64,000 nt of DNA from Polyangia bacterium. Its GTDB lineage: Bacteria; Myxococcota_A; Polyangia; JAAYKL01. How positions within the stretch are numbered: the stretch's first letter is position 1; the number at the start of each line of letters is the position of its first letter. The notes below the pieces were generated by a model that searched no databases, was not told the DNA's origin, and was given only the letters and a program-made list of their open reading frames with translations. The stretch is taken from NCBI GenBank assembly GCA_050287845.1, contig JBNKCR010000030.1, forward strand, positions 27,019 through 91,018, given 5' to 3'. Below, piece after piece: positions 40,501-48,325 of this stretch. The translations under genes were made by a program, and so were the position numbers.

Positions 40501-41236
40501 AAAGATGAATGGAACGGTTGAACTCCTTGTCCGGAAGCGGCACGCTCTGCGCGTTTCCCCGCTCGGCGGCCTCGCCATATCGGTCGAGCTGCTTGATATA
40601 CCGGATGTAGGAATCGTCGTAGTACAGTTCTGCCAGGCGAAACATGGCATCCGGGGTGTAAGGCGGTGAATCGGGATATTTTTTGAGAAACCGCTCAAAA
40701 TACTCGATGGCACTCTTTAATGCGTCTTCCTCCAGCAACTCCTCTTTCTCGATGCGCCCTTCGTACTGCTGTTCAATATTTTTTCGACGAATTTTATACA
40801 GTTGCTGAATCGTACTGGAAATGGTTTCCCTGAATTCTCTGGCGCGCTGTTCGTAAAGTTGCCAATCCGCGTTTCTCTGTTCTTCCAGCAGTTCCACCTG
40901 AACAGCGGAAGGGGGAGAAGTAATCTGAAATACAGATGTGGAAATATGATTGGGAATCACTTCAGGCACGGCCACATTCTCCGTATCCCCTGTTTCGGAC
41001 GTCGCCTTTTCATCCGGCCGGGGCGCATCCGGCGTGGGCACCGCCGAGGTGGATGCGTCGGGAGTCTGCTGTCCATGGAGCAACATCGGTATCAACAGAG
41101 AAAAAACCAACAGGGCCGCGCCGCGGAGCATGACTGCACGTCTCCCCCGTTTAAAATATTCCGTCCTTCGGGCGTCCTTCAGTCCAGTCCGGCAGTTGTT
41201 GAACCCCAATGTCATCCGATCATCCTCTTGTTTCAT
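37493..41236 (-). CDS. Large TPR protein (GltD/AgmU-like)
   Basis: PDAMFRLAELY, DGAYYLLGY and YKLAWSYYK TPRs; ATGA overlap with the upstream gene. The true start may be further downstream. Confidence 0.8.
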   Translation of the reverse strand: MKQEDDRMTLGFNNCRTGLKDARRTEYFKRGRRAVMLRGAALLVFSLLIPMLLHGQQTPDASTSAVPTPDAPRPDEKATSETGDTENVAVPEVIPNHISTSVFQITSPPSAVQVELLEEQRNADWQLYEQRAREFRETISSTIQQLYKIRRKNIEQQYEGRIEKEELLEEDALKSAIEYFERFLKKYPDSPPYTPDAMFRLAELYYDDSYIRYIKQLDRYGEAAERGNAQSVPLPDKEFNRSIHLFEQLVERYPTYENIDGAYYLLGYCLKETGLEEEARLAWLNLVCPNKFQYDAAAIAAAREAKQPLPDNPSASLMVAQSPAEGGHFENPYAECQPVVTNSRFFFESWWLIGNYHFDYDTSRFGVETAIAAYEKLATDETHRFYDKGLYKLAWSYYKADKYPEAIETFSKVVDYSDRKNVQNSSMRPEAIQYLAVCFFTDDWNLDNSPDKKTPFQRIQDPHLMPQDRVWTREVYIRLGDIFADNERHDDAVKIWDLVLKRWPLDKDAPFVRDKIANSYHKQRQFDNELAERSKLDRFGRGTAWWNANMDHPEIQAKVEDMAKDALSNAALLHHQQAQALKAQAKASGDREVMQFALEEYALAADAYRKFLSQNPDVPDAYDLMYQLADALFWSGRYAEAREEYRRVRDSNLDDRYREDASRMVIISLERLIEEKTRKGQLVLRDKPPEMVGEPPLPKQILLPSLIVELMRERETFADTETTAKDAGTFEYQSAQNFYRYGYWDEARKRYFDIYDKYCRKDEIAVFSWKTLLNMASELQDLNLKEQLILLEQQNKCGEGLGIKDDEGLALDTLLGDVAMQRAMNEFKSCVDSKNAAVCTSAGEQLVAAVGRAPGHPGADAALHNAALAYENAQRNKTAMELYGRIVDEYPQSRWVDKCLFKQAFSANAFFEYDTALRTYRILADEQRFQDSEYRNDAVLNTALILTNLQDYSKATGYWKQYAIQTEDPEMRIEAAFNAADMAFRAKSYRQSVQLFEDFIHSYRNDSKAGPFLVKAAYRIAQAYGARKKIRDEKSARERVIAFYNEYDNKAGSMSAEYAAESQFLQIEADMKRFESFSISGTLKQIEMKIASGAKQVKEFENRYKSVQAYRRPVWSLAAAYRVGYAYEVLAKAILNIPPPPLDAALQKQLKMLPPEDRELVMVEYEDKFKMAMEQHVSKMEERALSEYKIAIKMARTGNLSNKWSLLALERMNAYDPENFPRQHNGLTIMGTDTLTVPPWAAAGGGN

Positions 41237-43515
41237 TGCTCCGCGTCCGCTTCGGTAACACTCGAAAAACCATCGGCTTCTTTGAACTCTTCGTCGAGCC
41301 ACTCAAGCTCATCGGTTCTGTTTCTGCTGAGCTGAACGGCCCTGGATTTATGCTGTTCCTTCCGCATCCACGCAATATCGATGATTCCGACATCGACCTT
41401 CACCATCAACTCGCCAAATCGCTTGCGGATACCACTGAAATTCTCTCTGGCCACTCCGTTCACCACTTCTTTGGCTTCACCATTCAACGCACTCAGCTGC
41501 GCGCGGTACTGACGCAGCTTGGCCTGTTCCTGCTGCAATACGCGTCGAATACGCGATACTTCCGCTGTTGCCACCTGCTCAATATCACCGTTCAGTCGTT
41601 CAATTTCGTTGAGGGCATTCGCAAGTGCTGTAAGCGCTCCTTTGAACCGCTCCGCTTTTCTGCCAGTCTCGGGAACAAATTCCAGGTATTTTTCAATTAA
41701 AACCATCAATCTACCCACCACTGCGCTATCCGCCCTGTCCTGCTCGCTGCCGTATCCAATCTGATATGTGGCCTTTTCGATGTCCAATCTAACAGAAGCC
41801 ACCTCCTCACGAATGGCCTCCACAGTGGCGATGTACCGTGCCAACTGCGACTCATGACTGGCAATGACCTGTGATGGAACTTCACTTCGGTATGCCGGTT
41901 TGCCAATGTAATGTTCGAGTCCGGTAATCACCGCCTGAAGCTTATCGAGCATTGTGTCATACCGCGACAACGTGAGGCGCAACTCCGTATATTTCTGTTT
42001 CGCCTGCCGCTCGCGTTCACGGAACGCACTGTCATCCACCGGAAGGGCGCTTACATTGCTGATCAACTCCGTCCGCGAAGCGGCCAAATCGGCAATTCGT
42101 TCATATCCCACGGCACTTTCAAGGGATGCCAGCAGGGGCATTGTCAGCGCGGCCAGTTGATTTCGATACAGCACATTCATCCGCATCGCATTACGCAATT
42201 CGGGAATGGCATTCACCGGATCGGTGGCATTGACTACCGCACTGATCAGTTCGGCCAATCGATCTGATTCCGACGTATACGTTCGGGCTTTTGCCAAATC
42301 ATCGGTAAGGACAAAGGCGCGCTTCACTTCGGGTTCTTCCCCCGCCCACAGCACAACCTCTCTGGGAATCATGCTCTCCACATTCAGTGCATCCACGCTG
42401 CGGGCCATCAGCAATTCAAAAAATTCTCCCGAATCACCGCTCTGGGCCAACGCCCGATCCATCATTTTTTCTACGGGCGAAAACTCTTCGATGGTCTGAT
42501 TGAAAACCGTTTCCGCTTCATCATACCGACCCGCGCTGGAGAGCAACTGCCCCCTGAGAAGCTTGGCCCGGGGGATGTACCGGCTATCCGGAATGGCCAG
42601 GGTGAGCACTTCAAGAATTCTTTCGGCGCCAATGGTGTTTCCGGCGCGCATATGCACCGCAGCTGATTCATACAGCGCGACATCATAATAAGGAGAGTAC
42701 TGATCGATCTTATCGTATGATGATATTGCATTTTCAAGATCATCTTTTTCATACTGCACCCGACCGAGCCCCAGATACAACAAATCAAGTAATTTCCGAT
42801 TTGACGGACGAACTTCCGGAAATGCCCCGACACCCTTCTGAAATGCAGCGATAGCATCGTCCAGAGTTCCCTGTTTTACATGGGTCGCCCCCATGAAATA
42901 TGCGGCTTTCAGTACCAGTTCCTCATCGTCGCGAACCGCACCGAATTCCCGGAGTGCCTGTTCATAATTTTCCTGGAAATAGTAATATTTTCCTTTGATG
43001 TACTGAGAGCGGCCATCCGTTCTGTCCTGAAGCAGCTGAATGTATTGTTTTACATGACGGAAATCGTCGAGATGCACTGCAACTTCAACCAGTCTTGAAA
43101 TCGCCGCAGGCCGGAACGGCAGAAATGCCGGGGTTTCTTTCTGGTTCAGCAGCCGCTGAAATTCGGTGCGTGCCCCATAATAATCCCGGGAAAGAAACAG
43201 GGAATCAGCGTAGTAATACAGCGCTTCGGGCCATGCGGCATGCCCCTCGTAATTTTCAACGATATCGAGCAGAATGATGGAAGCCCGGTGATAGTCCTCC
43301 AGATCATAGTGATTCATGCCATCCACCAGACGTTCTTCAGCATAGTGCGCCCCGCGATACCCGTGGACGTTCAGGTATCGCTTTCGAAGCTCACGCACGC
43401 TTCGGTGAATCTGCTTTGCGGAATCCGTTGCATCGGAAATGCTGTCGGCATGGAGGGGGCCCCCCATCACCTGAATCAGAAAAATCAGAACACAGACTGT
43501 TATCCCATGCCGCAT
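41233..43515 (-). CDS. Secreted TPR/coiled-coil protein (GltC-like position)
   Basis: Signal peptide, N-terminal TPRs, coiled coil, C-terminal K.DVGIID.AW.RK. Confidence 0.75.
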   Translation of the reverse strand: MRHGITVCVLIFLIQVMGGPLHADSISDATDSAKQIHRSVRELRKRYLNVHGYRGAHYAEERLVDGMNHYDLEDYHRASIILLDIVENYEGHAAWPEALYYYADSLFLSRDYYGARTEFQRLLNQKETPAFLPFRPAAISRLVEVAVHLDDFRHVKQYIQLLQDRTDGRSQYIKGKYYYFQENYEQALREFGAVRDDEELVLKAAYFMGATHVKQGTLDDAIAAFQKGVGAFPEVRPSNRKLLDLLYLGLGRVQYEKDDLENAISSYDKIDQYSPYYDVALYESAAVHMRAGNTIGAERILEVLTLAIPDSRYIPRAKLLRGQLLSSAGRYDEAETVFNQTIEEFSPVEKMMDRALAQSGDSGEFFELLMARSVDALNVESMIPREVVLWAGEEPEVKRAFVLTDDLAKARTYTSESDRLAELISAVVNATDPVNAIPELRNAMRMNVLYRNQLAALTMPLLASLESAVGYERIADLAASRTELISNVSALPVDDSAFRERERQAKQKYTELRLTLSRYDTMLDKLQAVITGLEHYIGKPAYRSEVPSQVIASHESQLARYIATVEAIREEVASVRLDIEKATYQIGYGSEQDRADSAVVGRLMVLIEKYLEFVPETGRKAERFKGALTALANALNEIERLNGDIEQVATAEVSRIRRVLQQEQAKLRQYRAQLSALNGEAKEVVNGVARENFSGIRKRFGELMVKVDVGIIDIAWMRKEQHKSRAVQLSRNRTDELEWLDEEFKEADGFSSVTEADAEQ

Positions 43516-43542
43516 GCCGAACCCATTGCCCTTCTCGTCCCG

Positions 43543-44361
43543 CTACTCTTCGGACTTACCGGGGGTTCCCCCCTCGCTGGGTATATCGTACTCAGACAAT
43601 TCTTCCACATAGCGCACTGCCGGGCGCTCTTCGAGGGGGGCCGTGGGACCACCTTTTTCAAAACCAATCACCTGTAGCCTGATCGCCTTGCCTTCGTCGA
43701 CCGTGAATGTATAATTGGATTTGATTTTAAAGGTGTACCCCTTCAGATAGGAAAAAATCCCATATCCGTGCCCCTTGTACTGTAATACGATTTCAACCGT
43801 GTGGTCCCCGGGAGAAACCGGTCCTTCAAACAAATCGATATGCTGCTTCCTGGACAGATTGCCGGATTCATCTGTTTCCTGAAAGATCGGTCCGCCATCC
43901 AGAAGAATTGAGGCTTTGTGCAACCGGAACGACCCTCCCATCTCGTTTCGGAAGGACAGAATTGCCTGGGCCCCTGCGATTTTCTTCTCGAGTACCGTTT
44001 CCGCCAGAAGACTCAGGCGGGCCTTGGAACGGAAAATCTGTTCTTTCAGCCGATTCACCCGGTCTTCCAGATCTCTCAATCTGACCGTGTAGGTGCCCTG
44101 TTCGGTAGCGCTGTCTGCCCCGCCCTCTCCTCCGGGAGGCGGCAACCGGGTCGGAGGAACATCCGACGCTGCCGCTTTGTCTTCTGCAGATTTTTCTCCG
44201 GTCTTACTGTTGGATTTCGAACCGGACGCCGCCGCAGTCTGTTCGGAAGTTGATATTTCAGAACTGTCTTTCCGGGCATCATTGTCCTTTGCCACGCTCC
44301 AACTGCCCGCCATTGTCAGTACTATTCCCAGCGCTATCGCCCATATTTTCGCTTGAACCAT
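43543..44361 (-). CDS. Secreted coiled-coil plus beta-sandwich protein heading the TPR operon
   Basis: Signal peptide; LE..VN.LKE.IFRSKARL.LL.E.VL and G.GYG.FSYL.GY.F motifs. Confidence 0.7.
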   Translation of the reverse strand: MVQAKIWAIALGIVLTMAGSWSVAKDNDARKDSSEISTSEQTAAASGSKSNSKTGEKSAEDKAAASDVPPTRLPPPGGEGGADSATEQGTYTVRLRDLEDRVNRLKEQIFRSKARLSLLAETVLEKKIAGAQAILSFRNEMGGSFRLHKASILLDGGPIFQETDESGNLSRKQHIDLFEGPVSPGDHTVEIVLQYKGHGYGIFSYLKGYTFKIKSNYTFTVDEGKAIRLQVIGFEKGGPTAPLEERPAVRYVEELSEYDIPSEGGTPGKSEE

Positions 44362-44658
44362 ATTTCTGTCCCGTCGGCTCCGGATAATTGTCCCGAAGTG
44401 TGTTCACAGTTATATGCGCAATCTATATCATCTTACAATATTACAAAACACATTAATAGCTGGACCACACCGTCCGGGATGTTCCGGTTTTCCCCTGAAT
44501 CAATGTTTCCGTTATGGTTAAAACAAAACGGTTGATATTATCGCAAGGTCGGCTAAAAACAGATAAAGCGTTATCCGTCAACAGATCCTTCATCTCCGGT
44601 GTGCGTCTTCACAGAAGGGAACACGTATACCGGATGCTGCAAAAGGGCACCCGGGACT

Positions 44659-45252
44659 ATGGTTCAAAAAACAGACGAGGAATTGATTGCGATGTTTCAA
44701 ACCGGAGACGCGGCGGCCTTTGAAGCGTTATTTACAAAGTACAAAGGGCCAATCTACATTTTTCTCGTCAGGCAATGTGGCAATCAGGAAATTGCAGCGG
44801 ATTTGACTCAGGATGTATTTACAAAGTTGCTGAATCGGGCGGATACATTCCGACATCAATCGAAATTTTCCACGTGGATATATACCATAGCCAGGAACAC
44901 TGCCATGGATCACGCACGAAAATCGAGACACCGGAATCACGCCTCCCTGGACGCCACCACGGGAGACGATGGTCCGCCGCTGATAGAAAAAGTAAGCGAT
45001 GGCGGACCGGGACCGGAAAGGCGTTCCGATTCCGAAGAACTGCAGAAAGCGCTGGCTGCCGCCATCGAAAAACTGCCGGACGATCAGCGGGAAGTATTTA
45101 TCCTGAGAGAGTATCACGGAATGCCTTTTGCCGATATTGCCGAAGTGGTGAATGCAAAAGTGGGCACCGTTAAAAGTCGCATGCGATACGCCCTCGAAGC
45201 GCTTCGGCTGGAGCTGTATCAGTACGAAGAGTATGCAAAGGAGCTGTCATGA
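44659..45252 (+). CDS. ECF RNA polymerase sigma factor
   Basis: DEEL...GD..AF, DL.Q.VF, FSTW.Y.IARN and LP..QREVF.LRE...GTVKSRMRYA motifs. Confidence 0.93.
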   Translation: MVQKTDEELIAMFQTGDAAAFEALFTKYKGPIYIFLVRQCGNQEIAADLTQDVFTKLLNRADTFRHQSKFSTWIYTIARNTAMDHARKSRHRNHASLDATTGDDGPPLIEKVSDGGPGPERRSDSEELQKALAAAIEKLPDDQREVFILREYHGMPFADIAEVVNAKVGTVKSRMRYALEALRLELYQYEEYAKELS

Positions 45253-46646
45253 GTTCCAACTGTCAAGAGTTCAATGAGCTGCTGCTCGATTTGGCATATG
45301 ATGAACTGAATGAGGAAACCTCTCAGCGGTTGCATCAGCACAAAGACAGCTGTGAAGATTGCAAATCCGCCTTCGAGGCGCTGATGGGTGTTCGCAAAGT
45401 GGCACGACAAATGGTGCCGCCGCCCATTCCGGATCATTTTGACGCCGCCATTCTGGAGCTGGCCAGAAAGAAAGCCAGTGCCCTGTCGGCGGCAAATGAC
45501 GCGTTGTCTGTTGCCGACCCCGCCGGTACGTCCCCGGCGGTTGCCCGGCCGGCTTCGCTGTTTGAGCGACTCCAGGGGTTCATTTTCAAACCCATGGTGC
45601 TGGGCACCGGTCTCGCCGCAGCGGCTGCGGTATTCGCAGTGGTATCGTTGAAAACCCAGTCCCACAACACCATGCTCGAACCGATGAATGGCACGCCATT
45701 CGTCGGGGCTGTTCCCATGGAAAAGGAGGCACTGCCTGACGAACACACTGCACCGGCCAGCCCGACAAATCAGGGCATGGAAGCGGACGCAGCGGATGCC
45801 ACGGCAACATCCCGCGAAAAGCCCCCCCCCCTGAAGGGTGCTGTCCCCAGCAGAAACCGCGTGCAGAAAGCGGGCCCGGGATACGCGCCGCTGTACAGCG
45901 CCACCGACAGAACAGCGCCGAAATCAAAGGACGTCGCCAGTAGTGCACCGCGTGCTTCATCCCCCGGAACCACCCCCGGGGACAACATTGACAACATTCT
46001 AAAAAATCCGGCGGACATGCTCAAGCGAACCCCTGATGCCCCTGCTGCAGAGCAGAAAATGGAAGCAAAGCGCAAGGTTGCCCCGGCCGGTTCGAGCAAG
46101 CCAGAGACGATCCGTTCATCAAAAACAAGAAAAAAATCCGTTTCCATCGCCCAGAAATCCCGCACCATGGACGACCTGGATGGGCTTGCAGAACCGGTAT
46201 CCACCAGTGGTGCAATGCCCCGCAATTCCGATGAAGCACTAAAAGATGCAGATATGGCGAAAGAATCATCCGGTACGCCGTCACCCGCCACATCTGAATT
46301 TGAGGCCGGATTGTCCGCTTACCGGAGCGGAAACTGCCAGGCCGCCATCGGGCATTTCCGTGCGCTCCTCGATGACGCAAACGGCAGCGAAAACCAGTTG
46401 GCCGTTGCCACCCATTACATGGCAAGCTGCCAAAAGCGCACGGGACGGTGTGGACAGGCGGTCATTCATTTTGAACATCTCTTCACCTCATACCCGCGGT
46501 ACAGCAACCGTTCCGAAGCACTGTTCGAAGCAGCGAACTGCCACATGAAGCTGGGCCACGATGATCGGGCCAAAGCCCTTCTCGAAGAACTGAGCATGGA
46601 TCCCGAATGGCGCAATAAAGCCGAAAAGCTGCTGAAAAAAATGTAG
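45249..46646 (+). CDS. Zinc-binding anti-sigma factor (HxxxCxxC) with TM helix, disordered linker and C-terminal TPR domain
   Basis: ATGA overlap with the sigma gene; HKDSCEDC; one TM helix; YbgF/CpoB-like TPRs. Confidence 0.8.
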   Translation: MSSNCQEFNELLLDLAYDELNEETSQRLHQHKDSCEDCKSAFEALMGVRKVARQMVPPPIPDHFDAAILELARKKASALSAANDALSVADPAGTSPAVARPASLFERLQGFIFKPMVLGTGLAAAAAVFAVVSLKTQSHNTMLEPMNGTPFVGAVPMEKEALPDEHTAPASPTNQGMEADAADATATSREKPPPLKGAVPSRNRVQKAGPGYAPLYSATDRTAPKSKDVASSAPRASSPGTTPGDNIDNILKNPADMLKRTPDAPAAEQKMEAKRKVAPAGSSKPETIRSSKTRKKSVSIAQKSRTMDDLDGLAEPVSTSGAMPRNSDEALKDADMAKESSGTPSPATSEFEAGLSAYRSGNCQAAIGHFRALLDDANGSENQLAVATHYMASCQKRTGRCGQAVIHFEHLFTSYPRYSNRSEALFEAANCHMKLGHDDRAKALLEELSMDPEWRNKAEKLLKKM

Positions 46647-46803
46647 TCCGGCTCTCGATTCCCCTCTGCCTCAGCCCCAGCCCCCGGGGTTCTTCGCACG
46701 ATTTTTTTTCATCAGCGACCCATGAATGGTCCCGCCATCCGGCATGGAATATTTGGTGTTCTGCGTGCGATGCGGTATTATCCGGGAATCGCAGGAGTGA
46801 AAC

Positions 46804-48180
46804 ATGATTTACTGCCCCGTATGTAAAAAGCCATCCGCCAGAACCACCGGCAACTGCCCTCATTGTGGGTTTCAATTCAATAAAAGCAGCGAAACCGGCA
46901 GCCGGCATCCAGACAGGAGCCCGGGAGTCTCCCCATCCCCAGAAGGCATTCAGTTCGGTGATGCGAACATCGAGTTGGATGACGATGACAACATTGCAGA
47001 TGCTCCCCTTGATCTTGCGCTGGAGGACACCGAAGTGTCGCCCTTTGACACGTCAACATCCGACAATGGCGCGCCTCTCCGGGTGAACCATATGCCTTCA
47101 AATGAACGGAGCCGTCTCGAAAGCGACACCGAGGATGCCGCTGTGGTTTCAGAAATTGCCGGTTTCGGCGTGTGCGGCAGCGGTATTATTGAAGTAATGA
47201 AATATGGATTGCGCGTCTACAGACGACTGCCGGGTCTACGGGAAGAAACCGAAGCTGCGGGAAAGGAAAAGGATAGATGCCGGCAATCGTTGGAGGCTGC
47301 CAGGGCACGCCTTGGACGGAGGGCCGCAAAGCTGCCCGCGAAAGATCCCCGTTTCGAAAAGCTCGTTGCCAGAGCAGCGAATGCAGATGGGAAACTGGCC
47401 AATGTGCAGCGGGAAAAAGAAGCGGTGAACCGGCATTTTGGCGAAAAACTGACTGGGGTCACCCGGCGACTGCATGCCGCTGAGTCGAAAATGATTCCCG
47501 TCTCCGAGGAGGCGCTCCGAACCCGGAATCACCACGAGCAGATGCTGAAGGAGCGGTCCCGGGTAAATACGAAAATTAAACGCACAGAAATTGAACTGCG
47601 AAATATCCGGGAACGCATTGAACAGAAACAGAGCGTGTATGCAGATTTAAAGCAACCCAAAGAAGAACGGGCCCGAACACTTCAAGAAATTACCGAACTC
47701 GATCACCGGCAGGCTCCACTGCTGCACCGGCTCTCAATAGAGCAGAAGGAATTGGCAGCCATCGAAGCCCCGTTGGAAGCCATTTCCACTCAACTGACCC
47801 ATATCACCGGGCAGCTTGAAGAACACGAACAGCACACTTCGCAAATTAAATGCGAGCAGATGCAGCTCGAAAACGAACTGCAAAGCGCTCTTGATGCCAT
47901 CCACAGCAAAGCCCGGGGGGAATCAAAGCATGCCCAGTCCGCATGGGCTTCGGCAGGCGAGCTGGTGTACATGAATAAAATGATGGATACCTCCGCGCTT
48001 GCGGACGTTCAAGCCGCCACAGAATCCTTCTTTCAGGCGCAGAAAAAATTGTCCCTTCACGAGGCAGCCCTGGACAGTTACGACAAAAATTCGTATCAGA
48101 AAGCCAGAAAAATGTGGATTGCGGCCGCGGTGATGAGTGGCTGCCTTCTGCTGGTCATCATTGGTATGCTGGTATTGTGA
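46804..48180 (+). CDS. Zinc-ribbon/coiled-coil protein with a C-terminal membrane anchor
   Basis: CPVC...CPHC, acidic linker, long heptad region, terminal hydrophobic helix; AGGAG RBS. Confidence 0.7.
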   Translation: MIYCPVCKKPSARTTGNCPHCGFQFNKSSETGSRHPDRSPGVSPSPEGIQFGDANIELDDDDNIADAPLDLALEDTEVSPFDTSTSDNGAPLRVNHMPSNERSRLESDTEDAAVVSEIAGFGVCGSGIIEVMKYGLRVYRRLPGLREETEAAGKEKDRCRQSLEAARARLGRRAAKLPAKDPRFEKLVARAANADGKLANVQREKEAVNRHFGEKLTGVTRRLHAAESKMIPVSEEALRTRNHHEQMLKERSRVNTKIKRTEIELRNIRERIEQKQSVYADLKQPKEERARTLQEITELDHRQAPLLHRLSIEQKELAAIEAPLEAISTQLTHITGQLEEHEQHTSQIKCEQMQLENELQSALDAIHSKARGESKHAQSAWASAGELVYMNKMMDTSALADVQAATESFFQAQKKLSLHEAALDSYDKNSYQKARKMWIAAAVMSGCLLLVIIGMLVL

Positions 48181-48325
48181 ACCGGGAGGAATTGGCGTAT
48201 CCGCAGTTGGTTTTTTCTGCCTGAACAATGGATGACCCGTTTTAAAAAAACATTTTGGCGACTCTTTTTCAACCACTCCAGTTCCCTTGCTTGACCCGGG
48301 TCCCTGGCCAATATAGCATGGCGCG

